The notes: generated by a model not told the origin, from the letters alone. A stretch of DNA of 64,000 nt from Octopus sinensis (GCF_006345805.1 NC_043001.1:112964001-113028000), one strand, 5' to 3'. Counted from the stretch's first letter, positions 38,583 through 51,688 are shown. Translations and numbers: made by a program.

Positions 38583-38724
38583 ATTATATCAACCATCTTC
38601 ACGACGTCCCGTAGCCTTTTCACCAAGTGCTGATATGGGATTAACGGATATTGAAATGGCTCATGCATATGAATTTGAAGACCCTTATTTTGATGATGAT
38701 CGGGCTTATGATATGGAATATGAG
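38583..38724 (+). CDS. Internal coding exon of an unidentified host gene: (x)LYQPSSRRPVAFSPSADMGLTDIEMAHAYEFEDPYFDDDRAYDMEYE
   Basis: Acceptor tatatttttcag and donor GAG|gttagt. 142 nt, open in one frame to the donor, unique non-repetitive sequence with CpGs. Phase 2 in, phase 0 out. Confidence 0.72.
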
Positions 38725-39571
38725 GTTAGTATCACCCTGGATTTTTATTAAAGTCTGTAGTAAAACTATTGGTTTGCAGAGGTGAACAATGAGTGAAAAG
38801 AGCTACAGTCTACAGTTCAATGCTGCTACGTGCACATACAAGTATGTGTGCATATGCACACACATGCATACAACTACATACACCTACAGACTACATACAC
38901 ATGTGCATGTGCATGCACGTGCACACACACAGACTACACAACTACACATGCACCCACACTACTGTGCTCCAAGATGCATTATATCACATGCCTCAGAAAA
39001 CTTAAAATTGTGCAACAGCAATTTAATTATTACTAATTAAAATAAGTAGTTGCCAATTGCTTTTACTTTTTCAAAATGAATTTGCCAGATGAAGGAGAAT
39101 TGCACTCATTACCTTTCTCAGAGCCTCCAAGAGTTCAGGGAGGGGTGGGAATTATCTTTAGGACAGAGTTTGGGCCCAATTCCTACTATAAATTGGAATT
39201 CACTAAAGGTATTCAAGGGTCAGTTGGTGGGGATTAACCATTACATGGTTTATTTGATGTAACTCTTTATGAAATTGCATTTAGGCTCATATTACTGTAT
39301 GGTGATGGTGGTGGTGGTGGTGGTGGTGGTTGTAGGTATAGCTTGATAGAATGTTTAGCACATATAACTTTTAACATTCATCTTTGACATTACCCTTGAA
39401 GCTCTCAAATATATAAAGCAGGATTGGGTGGTGAGACGGAGTGAAACAAGTAGAATAGAAGTTACTTAAGGCTAATTAAACCCATGATGGAAATTAATAC
39501 AGCTACTTCAGGAACCCATTTCAAATACATATCTAAAAATAAGATCTTATATACTTGAGACATTTGAACAT

Positions 39572-39785
39572 GGTGAGCTGGCAGAATTGTTATCACACCT
39601 GGTAAAATACTTAGTGGCATTTCATCCATCATTACATTCCGAGTTTAAATACTGCTGTGGTCGTCTTTGCCTTTCATCCTCTCAAGGTTGATAAAATAAG
39701 TACCAGTTGAGAACTGGGGTCAATGTAATTGACTTGCACCCTCCCCTAATATTGCTAGCTTTGAACCCAAAATTTGAAACCAATA
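39572..39785 (+). mobile_element. SINE family C-related
   Basis: GGTGAGCTGGCAGAATTGTTA head and TTTGCCTTTCATCC body. Confidence 0.75.
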
Positions 39786-39981
39786 TACTTGAAGCATTTG
39801 TTATCCCAGTATAAAATCAGAAAGGTAGCTAAAGTTACTTGATGATACAGACTGGGAGGAAAAGGGACTTATTCAGTATTTCCAGTGTAATAAACTGAAA
39901 TATATACCTGAGAAATATGAAAGAAGCTACAAACTGTAAATAATTCTCAAACCAATGTAAGAGTGCAGACACACCTTAGTG

Positions 39982-40188
39982 CAAGGGTGGGCAAACTACG
40001 GCCCACCATAGGTTTTCATGCGGCCCGCCGAGAGGAATATTTCACAAAATTTCCTTTCAATCAATTGCGTGTTTATAGGTCTATAATCGCCTTTAAAAAC
40101 ATTTTCACTTGATTTTTATAAATGAGGCCCGCCAAGGTTCCAAAGACGCACTGTGCGGCCCGTGATCAAAAAAGTTTGCCCACCCCTG
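39982..40188. mobile_element. hAT-superfamily MITE
   Basis: 16-bp TIR CA(A/G)GGGTGGGCAAACT and an exact 8-bp TSD CCTTAGTG. Confidence 0.9.
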
Positions 40189-40227
40189 CCTTAGTGGCAT
40201 GTGTAGTGACTCATATGTTAAAGGCAT

Positions 40228-40510
40228 GAGGTGCATGGCTCAGTGGTCAGAGTATCAGGCTCACAATCATGAGGTAGTGAGTTCATTTCCCAGGCCGGGC
40301 TGCATGTTGTGTTCTTGAGCAAAGCAGTTTATTTCACACTACTCCAGTTCTCTTGGCTATAGAATAACATCAGTGGTGTGGAGAGAGGAGGCTGGTATGC
40401 ATGGGCGACTGCTGGTCTTCCACAAACAACCTTGTCTGGACTTGTACCTCGAAGGGTAACTTTCTAGGTGCAATCCCATGGTCATTCATTACCGAAGGGA
40501 ATCTTTACCT
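40228..40510 (+). mobile_element. SINE family E
   Basis: Reverse-complement match to 28963-29298 with an internal deletion. Confidence 0.82.
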
Positions 40511-40750
40511 AGAGACTTAAAGCCATATGCTGGAGCACACATCTTAATGGTATGTACAGGGGCATAACCTTAATAGTAAAGGTGATCAGGCTGTGCTATT
40601 CACATCATGCATTAATAATCAAGTGTTGAAACCTGATAAGCTGATAGCCCTCTGTTGTTGAAGATGCCTACTAAATATTGCTACTTTAACATATAAGCTA
40701 ACAACATTTCTATTCTATTAATGATTCTATCCTATTTATTGCCAGGTAGT

Positions 40751-41149
40751 TACTCTTTTACTTGTTTCAGTCATTTGACTGTGGCCATGCTGGAGCACCA
40801 CCTTTTTAGTCGAGCAAATCGACCCCAGGACTTATTCTTTCTAAGCCTAGTACTTATTCTATCAGTCTCTTTTTGCCTAACCGCTAAATTACGGGGACGT
40901 ATACACACCAGCATCGGTTGTCAAGCGATGTTGGGGGGGGACAAACACAGACACACAAACACACACACACATATATATATATACATATATACGACGGGCT
41001 TGTTTCAGTTTCCATCTACCAAATCCACTCACAAGGCTTTGGTTGGCCCGAGGTTATAGCAGAAGACACTTGCCCAAGGTGCCATGCAGTGGGACTGAAC
41101 CCGGAACCATGTAGTTCATAAGCAAGCTACTAACCACACAGCCACTCCT
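40751..41149 (-). mobile_element. SINE family B, full length
   Basis: Reverse complement of the B body. Confidence 0.9.
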
Positions 41150-41322
41150 ACATCTATAAAAAAGTTTGTTTTATAGCCATGGGGTTTTAGGTTCAATCTC
41201 ACATTGTAACAACTCAGACAAGTGTCTTCAGCTCTAGCCTTGAATTGATTAATATCTTGTGACTGGAATTTGGAATAGTGAAACGCAAACATGTATGTGT
41301 GTGTGCCTTTTGCCAATGTATA

Positions 41323-41845
41323 ACTATATATATAAAACTGTAGTTGTGTGAGTGTCTGTCCCCTTCGATTAAGATTCCTAACTACTCCCACATTTTGCGG
41401 TGCAGTTTAACCAAATTCGGGTATCTTATAGTCGTGATTCATATCAAGCCCGTCTGGGTATTAGCGCATGTCTACGATGAGTCTACGATTTTAAAAATAA
41501 TTTAACATCATTTTTTATTCCATTTTAATGCATATTTTTTCGTGTGTCAATGGCGGCGGAGTTGGCGTCCACGCTCACACCTGCACCTGTTTGCTTCTCC
41601 CCCTTCTTCCCTCCCTCGTGAAGCTGTGGGGAAGGGAGTGTAAGGAAATCAACGTCGTAAAGCATTGTCAAGGAGACCAGCGTTCTTTTAGAACAACGAC
41701 TTCATAGCTTGAAGACACCAAAATTACCATCAGTTTTTATTCCATTTTTAATGCATTTTTTTGCTATTTTTTGCTATAACTCACTAAAAATGCTTATATA
41801 GTTATTTCCCTTACAAACCCGAGCAACGCCGGGCGATACTGCTAG
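41323..41845 (+). mobile_element. Non-autonomous Helitron-type element
   Basis: 5' CTATATATATAAAA start, 3' hairpin CCCGAGCAACGCCGGG, then CTAG|T. Confidence 0.78.
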
Positions 41846-42644
41846 TTAAAAATATAATTAACAATGGGAGGAAACAATGAACCAGTCTCTTTGAACAAAT
41901 ACCTTGTGTAGCATTTATTCTATTTGAGTTTTACTGAGTCTCACTTGTTACTCTTTTTGCCTGTTGGAAACTTGTAACCAACAATGCTTTTGTTCATGAA
42001 ATGTGATAAAAAAAATAATAGGGCTTAATACAAACTGTAAACTACTAAATTCTGGTTGCTGTTGACCAGATGACTGATGATATTGATGTGCACTCTAATC
42101 TGCATATCTAAGTGTTGCATTGTTGCATGGTGTTATTATGTTTTATGCCTTAAATAAAGAATAGACTATAAAACTCTAAAGCTTTTGTCAGCATTTCCAA
42201 TTTGGCATTTTGCCATATTCACATTCTGTTGGGATCAGAAGTCCAGTTTTTAGACAGGTAGCTTCTCTAAAAAATTACCTGCGTAATTAATAAATAAATA
42301 AATAAATGAAATAAAATTTCTTGTACCATCTGCCTGTTGTATACTTTGTATAGAAAACATAAGAATGTGGCAGCCTCATTTGTTAAAGAGCATTTGGACT
42401 GCTGCCAGAATGGAGAAGTTATGGTTCTTCTGTCCAGGCATTCTACGGCAATGTTTAATAACTTAGATATTAACAAGCAATATACATTATGTGTCTGCAT
42501 CAACAGTTTCTCATGAATGTTGTTAGTCTGTAATGGTTGCAGATGCAGTTGATTTGATTGTGGGTAACTGAGTTAACGGAGTGGATTGTTGAGTTTAGCT
42601 ACAGCGAAATTAATGTGTGTGTGTGTGTGCATGAAAATACATAT

Positions 42645-42805
42645 GTACATGTGGTAAGAAGCTTGCTTACTAAGCACATGGCTCTGGGTTCAATCCCACT
42701 GTGTGGCACCTTGTGCAAATATCTTCTACTATAGCCTCGAGCCAATCAAAGCCCTGTGAGTGGATTTGGTAGATAGAAACTGAAAGAAGCCCATCATATA
42801 TATAT
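42645..42805 (+). mobile_element. SINE family B, head only
   Basis: B 5' half ending at its (TA)n tract. Confidence 0.75.
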
Positions 42806-42816
42806 ATATATATATA

Positions 42817-42950
42817 TCATCATCATTTAACGTCCGTTTTCCATGCTAGCATGGGTTGGACGGTTTGACCGGGCTCTGGGAAGCCATGGAGGCTGCATCA
42901 GGCTCCAGTCTGGTTTGGCAGTGTTTCTACAGCTGGATGCCCTTCCTAAA
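42817..42950 (-). mobile_element. Family D, short 3' end
   Basis: (CAT)n followed by the consensus up to GATGCCCTTCCTAA. Confidence 0.8.
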
Positions 42951-43155
42951 TGTGACCTCGTGTGTACCGTTGGTGATTTTTTCCCCTCTGTCTTGCCTTC
43001 TCTGGATCTTTCCTTCTTCTATGTTTCCGACAAAGAGCTCCGCTCGAAACGTTAAACCCTCCTTCTTTCCTTCTTTCCTGAGCGTCCAATAATAATATAT
43101 TTGTTCTACGTCCTCACGTTGTTGTGTTTTTTTTGTGCTTTCTTGTTTGGATTAA
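42950..43155 (+). mobile_element. Penelope-like terminal fragment with a decayed hammerhead-like motif
   Basis: TTCCGACAAAGAGCTCCGCTCGAAACGTT followed by a pyrimidine-rich tail. Confidence 0.5.
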
Positions 43156-43717
43156 CTATATATATATATTTATTTATTTATTTACATGGATGTATGAATG
43201 TACATACATAAATGTATGTATATATCTTATATAGGTATATGTATACACATATTGTGTGCAGATATATGTATTATGTGTATGTATACACACATACAATTAT
43301 AATGCTTCAGGCATTGTCCTCCTTTGGATTAGTTGTGTTTAGAATGGAAAACCAGTAGGAAGCATACAAGAGAAAAATACAAAAATCTAAAGAGCTTTCG
43401 AGGCAAAAATGCCCTTGTGAATCATGTGTATGTATATATGTGGATATGATCATTGGCTGTTGGCGTTTAACCATTTCTGATTAAGCTAACCTTTGGTTAA
43501 GGTGTTCAATCCGTGACCCAGTTTTTTCATATCCATGACTATAATATATCATAAAAGACAATAGTAAGTGTTGTAGGGCTGATGTGATTGCTATTTCTGG
43601 TAGACACATCAGCTTTTACATCAGTTATATAATGGCTTTCGATTTGGCTTATTAGAGAGTGTGTTGTACAGTGATGAAGGAACTTGACAGCAATTTGCAA
43701 CCAATTTCACTATAAGA

Positions 43718-44005
43718 TCATCATCATCATCATTTAGCGTCCGCTTTCCATGCTAGCATGGGTTGGACGGTTCAACTGGGGTCTGGGAAGCCTGAAGGCT
43801 GCACCAGGCCCAGTCTGATCTGGCAGTGTTTCTAAGGCTGGATGCCCTTCCTAACGCCAACCACTCCATGAGAGTAGTGGGTGCTTTTTACGTGCCACCC
43901 ACACAGGTGCCAGACGGGGCTGGCAAACGGCCACGGACAGATGGTGCTTTTTACGTGCCACCGGCACGGGGGCCAGGCAAGGCTGGCAATGGCCACGATC
44001 GGATG
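43718..44005 (-). mobile_element. Family D
   Basis: (CAT)n followed by the consensus. Confidence 0.85.
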
Positions 44006-44237
44006 GGAGGGTGATGGTGGTGATGGAGTGGCATTTCTATGGTTTATTTAGGAGAAAAGAGCTATGTCCATACTCATATAACCTTCATTGTAATGATATT
44101 AATAATTATCAAAGACATACAACTGCAACCCATTTGGATTGTAAAATAACTAGGACTTAACAAAAATGTTCAGCTAAATGGAACATTTGCATTTATTACC
44201 ATGGAAAAAGAGTGTTGAATATTTATTACACATGCTT

Positions 44238-44395
44238 AGGAGTGGCTGTGTGGTAAGTAGCTTCTTTACCAACCACATGGTTCCAGGTTCAGTCCCACTG
44301 CATGGCATCTTGGGTAAGTGTCTTTTTGTATAGCCTTGGGCCGACCAAAGCCTCGTGAGTGGATTTGGTAGACGGAAACTGAAAGAAGCCCGTCG

Positions 44396-44428
<33 letters not shown>

Positions 44429-44645
44429 GCGTGTGTGTGTTTGTGTGTCTGTGTTTGTCCCCATAGCATTGCTTGACAACCGATGCTGGTGTGTTTATGT
44501 CCCTGTTACTTAGCGGTTCAGCAAAAGAGACCGATAGAATAAGTACTAGGCTTACAAAAGAATAAGTCCCGGGGTCGATTAAAGGCGGTGCTCCAGCATG
44601 GCCACAGTCAAATGACTGAAACAAGTAAAAGAGTAAAAAGAGAGT
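44238..44645 (+). mobile_element. SINE family B, full length
   Basis: Head AGGAGTGGCTGTGTGG through tail. First member of the inverted/duplicated cluster. Confidence 0.9.
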
Positions 44646-45005
44646 ATGCATGTTATTCTCACGTCAACACTCTCACACAGAATCATACACACATGTGTAG
44701 CTATTTGTATGTGTTATTATAGATACATATAATATCTCTATATATGCATTTATGCACATGTACATGTATGTATGTATGTGTATGTGTTTACTCTTACTCT
44801 TTTACACTTTTACTGGTTTCAGTCATTTGACTGCGGCCATGCTGGAGCACCACCTTTAGTCGAGCAAATCGACCCCGGGACTTATTCTTTTGTAAGCCCA
44901 GTACTTATTCTATCGGTCCCTTTTGCCAAACGGCTAAGTGATGGGGACGTAAACACACCAGCATCGGTTGTCAAGCAATGCTAGGGGGACAAAACAGACA
45001 CACAA

Positions 45006-45053
<48 letters not shown>

Positions 45054-45631
45054 GCGTGTGTGTGTTTGTGTGTCTGTGTTTGTCCCCATAGCATTGCTTG
45101 ACAACCGATGCTGGTGTGTTTATGTCCCTGTTACTTAGCGGTTCAGCAAAAGAGACCGATAGAATAAGTACTAGGCTTACAAAAGAATAAGTCCCGGGGT
45201 CGATTAAAGGCGGTGCTCCAGCATGGCCACAGTCAAATGACTGAAACAAGTAAAAGAGTAAAAAGAGAGTATGCATGTTATTCTCACGTCAACACTCTCA
45301 CACAGAATCATACACACATGTGTAGCTATTTGTATGTGTTATTATAGATACATATAATATCTCTATATATGCATTTATGCACATGTACATGTATGTATGT
45401 ATGTGTATGTGTTTACTCTTACTCTTTTACACTTTTACTGGTTTCAGTCATTTGACTGCGGCCATGCTGGAGCACCACCTTTAGTCGAGCAAATCGACCC
45501 CGGGACTTATTCTTTTGTAAGCCCAGTACTTATTCTATCGGTCCCTTTTGCCAAACGGCTAAGTGATGGGGACGTAAACACACCAGCATCGGTTGTCAAG
45601 CAATGCTAGGGGGACAAAAACAGACACACAA

Positions 45632-45660
<29 letters not shown>
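44410..45660. repeat. 625-bp tandem duplication
   Basis: Anchors offset by 625 bp (44461/45086 and 44641/45266). Confidence 0.9.
44790..45270. mobile_element. Two fused family B 3' halves (minus, then plus) joined at a (TA)n tract
   Basis: The minus copy runs to (CA)n(TA)n at ~45035, then the sequence switches to a duplicate of 44410-44645. Confidence 0.85.
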
Positions 45661-45676
<16 letters not shown>

Positions 45677-45850
45677 CATATATACGACAGGCTTCTTTCA
45701 GTTTCCGTCTACCAAATCCACTCACAAGGCATTGGTCGGCTCGGGGCTATAGCAGAAGACACTTGCCCAAGATGCCGCACAGTGGGACTGAACCCGGAAC
45801 AATGTGGTTGGTTAGCAAGCTACTTACCACACAACCACTCCTGCACCTAT
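45415..45850 (-). mobile_element. SINE family B, full length
   Basis: Reverse complement of the B body. Confidence 0.9.
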
Positions 45851-46670
45851 GTTTGTAAATCTATGCAAAGATGTGCATACATGCACAGTTTCATAAGTGT
45901 TTATATCAACATCCTCTCACTGAATTGTTTTGCATTCCACAATATTTGCATCCTGAAATGTTCCTAAAGTAGACCGGCTGGCCTCATTGTTGTATTTCTA
46001 TAGTAATTGCTGTTCTTTCAAACAACAGCGCATCATCAATAAATTCCACTACAATAATGGTAAAGATAATTCTTGTTTACAACCTCTGTGTTCATTCACA
46101 TGTGTATGAAGAAAATGTGTGTATGTGTGTGTCTCTATATGTGAGATTATTCGTCTATTTGTCTGTGTGTGTGTGTGCATCTATATATGCCTATGTGTTT
46201 ATATGTGGATGTGTATGTCTGTGTATTGGTGTGTATATCTACATGCATATGGCTGTATCTGTAATGCGTGTGTATTGATAAATAAGCCCTCCCAAAAGAC
46301 AGAAGGAAAAAACTTAATAGATATTTGTATTCTCTTTTACTTATTAATATTTCATAAAGGGTAACCTCTGACTAAGATGCTCTTTTTTATCCCATTACCC
46401 CGCTCTCTTGGGAGTTCTTTGATGGTGAAAATTATGAAATATTATTTTTATTTACTTTCTAACTCTCCATTTCTGCACACTTATTTTCGAATTCTTGTTT
46501 TTTTGTTTTTTTTATCAATAGCCTTTTAGTTTTTGTTGTATGTTATGTATTTTATTTCTTTATTTCATTTGTTATTTTTGGTTTTGTGATTTGATTTATT
46601 CATTTACTTATTTATCTTTTCTTTGCTCTTCATCGTTATCAATATTTCAGATCTGTTAACTGCTGTAGTT

Positions 46671-46674
<4 letters not shown>

Positions 46675-46701
<27 letters not shown>

Positions 46702-46707
46702 TTATTA

Positions 46708-46756
<49 letters not shown>

Positions 46757-46770
46757 CATTATTATTATTA

Positions 46771-46813
<43 letters not shown>

Positions 46814-46858
46814 CATCATTATCATTATTATTATTATTATTGTTGTTGTTGTTGTTAT
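46675..46858. repeat. (ATC)/(ATT)/(GTT)n array
   Basis: Direct inspection. Confidence 0.95.
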
Positions 46859-47480
46859 TTAAAATCTGCTATGGTGATTGTTTTCCGTAGAAAAAAGATA
46901 GAGAGAAGTGATATTAAAATTGCATTATTATAAATAATAGAAAATAATGGATGGGTGGGGGGGGGGGAGTAGGCAAGGATCTTTTCTTCCCTTGCTTTCT
47001 CAGAAGTTTTTTTTTTATTTTCGAATTTTGTTATATTTTTAAAGTTTTTATATATATAAAAAAAAAATTTATTCTTTATTATTTTGGTAGCAAGGGGCAA
47101 ACTATGAAAATAAAAATAAAAATTGATTTCAAGGTTTAGATAGTTTGGTAGAGATCATATTTACTTCTCATCTCTGGTGTTATAGGAGGGAATACTGCTT
47201 TTATTCATTTTGTTTATTTATCTATTTATTTAATAATAATAATAATAATAATAATAATGATAATAATTACAATAACGAATCTCTGTATCTTTATATAATC
47301 TGTTTGATTCAGATATCTTTGTTGGGGGGTGTGGTGGTGCTAGATGGATAAAGAGGTTGGAGAAAATACATAAGCTGTGAATAAAGGGAGATAAAAGACC
47401 AAATTTGTTTATTCACAGTTTAAACTAGTGGTAATCACTGGCCTCTTATCATCATAATCATCATCATCGTCATGATGATG

Positions 47481-47512
<32 letters not shown>

Positions 47513-47610
47513 ATATGTTGTTTTTTTTGTTGTTGTTGTTGCCTATGCAACAGTAATCTGTGCAAAGCAACAACCAGTTGCAGCACCTCAAATGGAACAA
47601 CACTGACTTT

Positions 47611-47652
<42 letters not shown>

Positions 47653-47977
47653 ATGTTGTGCTAGGATGGATGCTTTACTTGATAAGATTCACTTGAGTGC
47701 GGTTTTAGGTTTTATGTCATGATAGAGGAGTCGCAATCAAACATTAGCCACGAATATGGAGTTTTGCTGTAGATCAAGGAGGAATAAATATAAACTGAGC
47801 TTTGTGTAATTAAAAACTAAGGAGGAATAACAACAAAACTGTTATTTCAGTTGTAATCAAATGAAACAAAGTCTGTACGTCTGTCTACGCATATATGTGT
47901 GTGTGTGTGTGTGTGTGTATTTATGCATATATATATCCACAGTCATACATGTACTTTCTTTCTCTCTCTTCCTCACC

Positions 47978-48011
<34 letters not shown>

Positions 48012-48099
48012 TGCACACACCCAGTTTTTCATTCTCACACATGTGAGTATAAAGTAGTTTGGTTATCAATTGAGCCGAAAAAGAACTAACAAAGAATTT

Positions 48100-48333
48100 T
48101 TATTATTATTATTATTATTATCATTATATTATTATTATTATTATATTATTATTATTTTATTATTATTATTATATATTATTATATTATATTATTATATTAT
48201 TATTATTATTATATTATATTATTATTATTATTATTATTTTATTATTATATTATTATTTTATTATTATTATATCATTATCATTATCATTATCATTATTATC
48301 ATTATCATTATTATCATTATCATTATATTATTA

Positions 48334-48364
<31 letters not shown>
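48100..48364. repeat. (ATT)n array
   Basis: Direct inspection. Confidence 0.95.
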
Positions 48365-48366
<2 letters not shown>

Positions 48367-48748
48367 ACAAAATAAAAAAAAAATTATGAAAAATTAAGTT
48401 GAAATTAGGCTATAGGAATTTCCTATCAAACAGTGGTTGCTTTAAAAGAATTCATAATTGACAGCTGAATTTATATGTCTGGTAGTTAATAATCAGTGTA
48501 TTGTATTGCCGAAGAGATGATATTGTCTGGTAATGAATAGGATAGGGGGTGGGGGATCAAATGAACAAAGACAACTGTATGGAGGGGACAAACAAATAAA
48601 CAAACACAACAGCTGTATAGGAGTAGGGCAAAAGTCTGTTTAAAAAATATGTGTGATACATTCTCAGATCTCAAATAGGATGGAACTCAATCAAATAGGA
48701 ATGTCTTTGAGTGCAAAACTGAAAATGTCATGCACCAGAAAAGTCTAA

Positions 48749-48802
<54 letters not shown>

Positions 48803-49229
48803 ATACTGAAATGGCAGATTCTAAGGAAATTAGTGATTGTGTGTTGGCAAATAGTACATAAATTTATTCAACTTGTGAGCTTGTTTTGTTTTGTTTTGTT
48901 TTTTTGTAATATTTATTTGTCATTGATGTTGTTTTTGTGCATAGAACAGAGTAGTTGAAAGGAGCAGAAGAAGGCAGTTCCCTTGCTTGCTGAATCAGCA
49001 AATTACCCTTTTGACTCCCTGTTGGAAACATTTCACATCAGCAACTCAAATAAATGTACTTTCCAAAGTGTAGCTACATCAATCACCTACTTCAAATTCT
49101 ATGTAAGAAATAACTGCCTGTACCTGTTGATAATAACATGATTAACAATTAACTCTATTTCAGTTCAACAAGTTTGTGGCCTTGTATTAAATTTAGGAAT
49201 AATAATAATAATAATGATAATAATAATAA

Positions 49230-49443
49230 TGATTTCAAATTTTTGCAACAAGAGCAGCTTACAGGAGGGGATTAAGTTGATTGATTACACAACCCTAGTG
49301 TCCAACAGGTACTGATTTTAGCAACCCCAAACGAATGAAAGGTAAAGTCAACCTCAGTAGAATTTGAACTCAGAACCTAAAGGTGGATAAAATGATGGTA
49401 AATATTTTGTCCAGCATGCTAACAATTCTGCCAGCTTGCCACC
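49230..49443 (-). mobile_element. SINE family C-related, old copy
   Basis: GAATTTGAACTCAGAAC...CTGCCAGCTTGCCACC. Confidence 0.7.
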
Positions 49444-49449
49444 TATGCA

Positions 49450-50012
49450 GGACCAGGGAATGGCTCTCATAGCTTTTGAACTTAACTGATTGGAAGTGTT
49501 ATCATGTACATTGTTTTGTCTTGATATAAAAGATGGGCTGCAGCAGATATTCTGTTCAATACCACAGATTTGCTTGTCAGTTGTTTGACCATAACCAGTT
49601 GAGCATGTCCCTTAGTGGCTGACGATATGTGCATCTCTGATCACAAGCAGAAGTAGTGGGGAGCATCATAGCCATGTGTTGAGAGGAATTCTTTGGGGTT
49701 TGAATAATTCACCTCTGGAAACATGGGTGTTTTATTCATCATCCTTAAAACAAACCTTATTGAGGGACCTTTCGAGTGGAATGGACTACTCGACATGAAG
49801 AAAATTCTAACTGGGCCCCACCTGTATAGGTCATGCGCTGTTTATCTTGATATGAGATCACTATGTCGCGCACATATGGTTGTGATGCATGTGCCTGGTG
49901 TACCCTTATCAGATGGGTAGTCATGATGGGTATATTGGGCTTCGTATATTTTACCCCAATGTCACTTCGATGGCATGCACTGCTCTCTCACTCAATGATA
50001 ATAATAATAATA
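49450..50012 (+). repeat. Interspersed repeat family F with (TAA)n tail (probable LINE 3' region)
   Basis: A second, inverted partial copy lies at 52135-52345. Confidence 0.65.
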
Positions 50013-50688
50013 TACTTTCTACATTAGTCACAAGATCTGAAATTTCTGGGGAGGGGGCTTGCTGATTATATATCAGCCTCGGTGTCCAACTTGATACTTA
50101 ATTTATTGACAAAGTTGGAAAGTAAATAATAATAATAATGATAACCGTTATTTAAAGCCAAATCTCCTTTCATAAAACTCTACCAATTATATGAAAGGAA
50201 AGACACATTGTCTAAAGTAGTCCTAGGTACACACTATACGTGAAAACAAAACGGAAATAGCAATGGTCATGCCTGAAATACTGTCAGTCATAAGTGTGCT
50301 CTGTTAAAGCTGATTTATGACTAAACAATAGTGATAATCTTTCTTAGTCATCATCATCATCATTCTTTTTATTTGCAATTGACACCACTTCATTAACTCT
50401 GGTTTATTGTTCTTTCACAACAACTCTGAATAACCATTGTTTGATGTAATTAATGCTGTGATTGCTTAGGATTAGCAATATCAATATTTATTTGGCAATC
50501 CTCTGAATGTTTATATTTTAATTCGTTAATAATCTGGAGCTCTCATTATAACTGACCTCTTTTCTGTTTTTAGATTTACATTCTCCATAACTTTGATATC
50601 TCAAGTTTAATTAAACCTTTGTTCTAACAAATTTTCTTAGTTCTTTGCGTGTGTATGTGTGTGTGTGAAGGATTCCCTGTCAGATATT

Positions 50689-51077
50689 GGATGGATGGAA
50701 GCACTCTGTCGGTTACGACGATGAGGGTTCTGGTTGATCCGATCAACGGAACAGCCTGCTCGTGAAATTAACGTGTAAGTGGTTGAGCACTCCACAGACA
50801 CGTGTACCCTTAACGTAGTTCTCGGGGATATTCAGCGTGACACAGAGAGTGACAAGGCCGGCTCTTTGAAATACAGGTACAACAGAAACAGGAAGTAAGA
50901 GTGAGAGAAAGTTGTGGTGAAAGAGTACAGCAGGGATCACCACCATCCCCTGCCGGAGCCTCGTGGAGCTTTAGGTGTTTTCGCTCAATAAACACTCACA
51001 ACGCCCTGTGTGGGAATCGAAACCGCGATTCTACGACCGCGAGTCCGGTGCCCTAACCACAGGGCCATTGCGCCTCC
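50689..51077 (-). mobile_element. SINE family A, full length
   Basis: TSD CCCTGTCAGATATT (50675-50688 / 51078-51091) and an (ATCC)n tail. Confidence 0.92.
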
Positions 51078-51688
51078 CCCTGTCAGATATTACTGAAAAA
51101 TCTACTAGTTGTCAGGTTCTATTTGGCTCACTACTCTATGACACTGTGTTACCTGTCCTCAGGGATATCTTGATTAGGGATAATGGTAAACTTATTCAAC
51201 CTGTTGTTTGGTTGAAGACTATTACTTCAGTCCCTAGGTGACCTTAATAGAGTCCACTTTCTTGTATGAGGATAATGTTGGCCCTTCATCCCATCAGTCT
51301 CAGGGGCTTAGAAAAGTGTTATGGACACTACCCTCTCTCCTTACTAAGCCATTAAAAAATGGAGTTGCTTAGTAGCTCTCAGGCTTCTTTGTATCATCTC
51401 ATCTATCATTTATTTTTGCATCCTGTTGTTTGGAAGATATTGGATAGATTTCTGATTTAATTATTCTTATTTTGTCTGGTGACTGAAATTCTTCTTGCAA
51501 TGATTAACCCCTTTCTTTTGTAATATTCACTAAACAATCCTATTTTTGTCTGTTTATCATGATGTTTGTATTCTCATCTCTTCTACATTATCTGTAGACA
51601 TTGTTTCCCAACCTTGGAATTATCACCCAGTCAAGTGGCTTATCCTACAATCATTTTCGTTCTTTTTTCTTCCTTTTTTTTTTTACAG

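Noticed and set aside
39089-39208. 120-nt AG/GT-bounded segment open in two frames, downstream of the main exon
   Set aside because: Weak acceptor (no pyrimidine tract), weak donor gtattc and no recognisable peptide.
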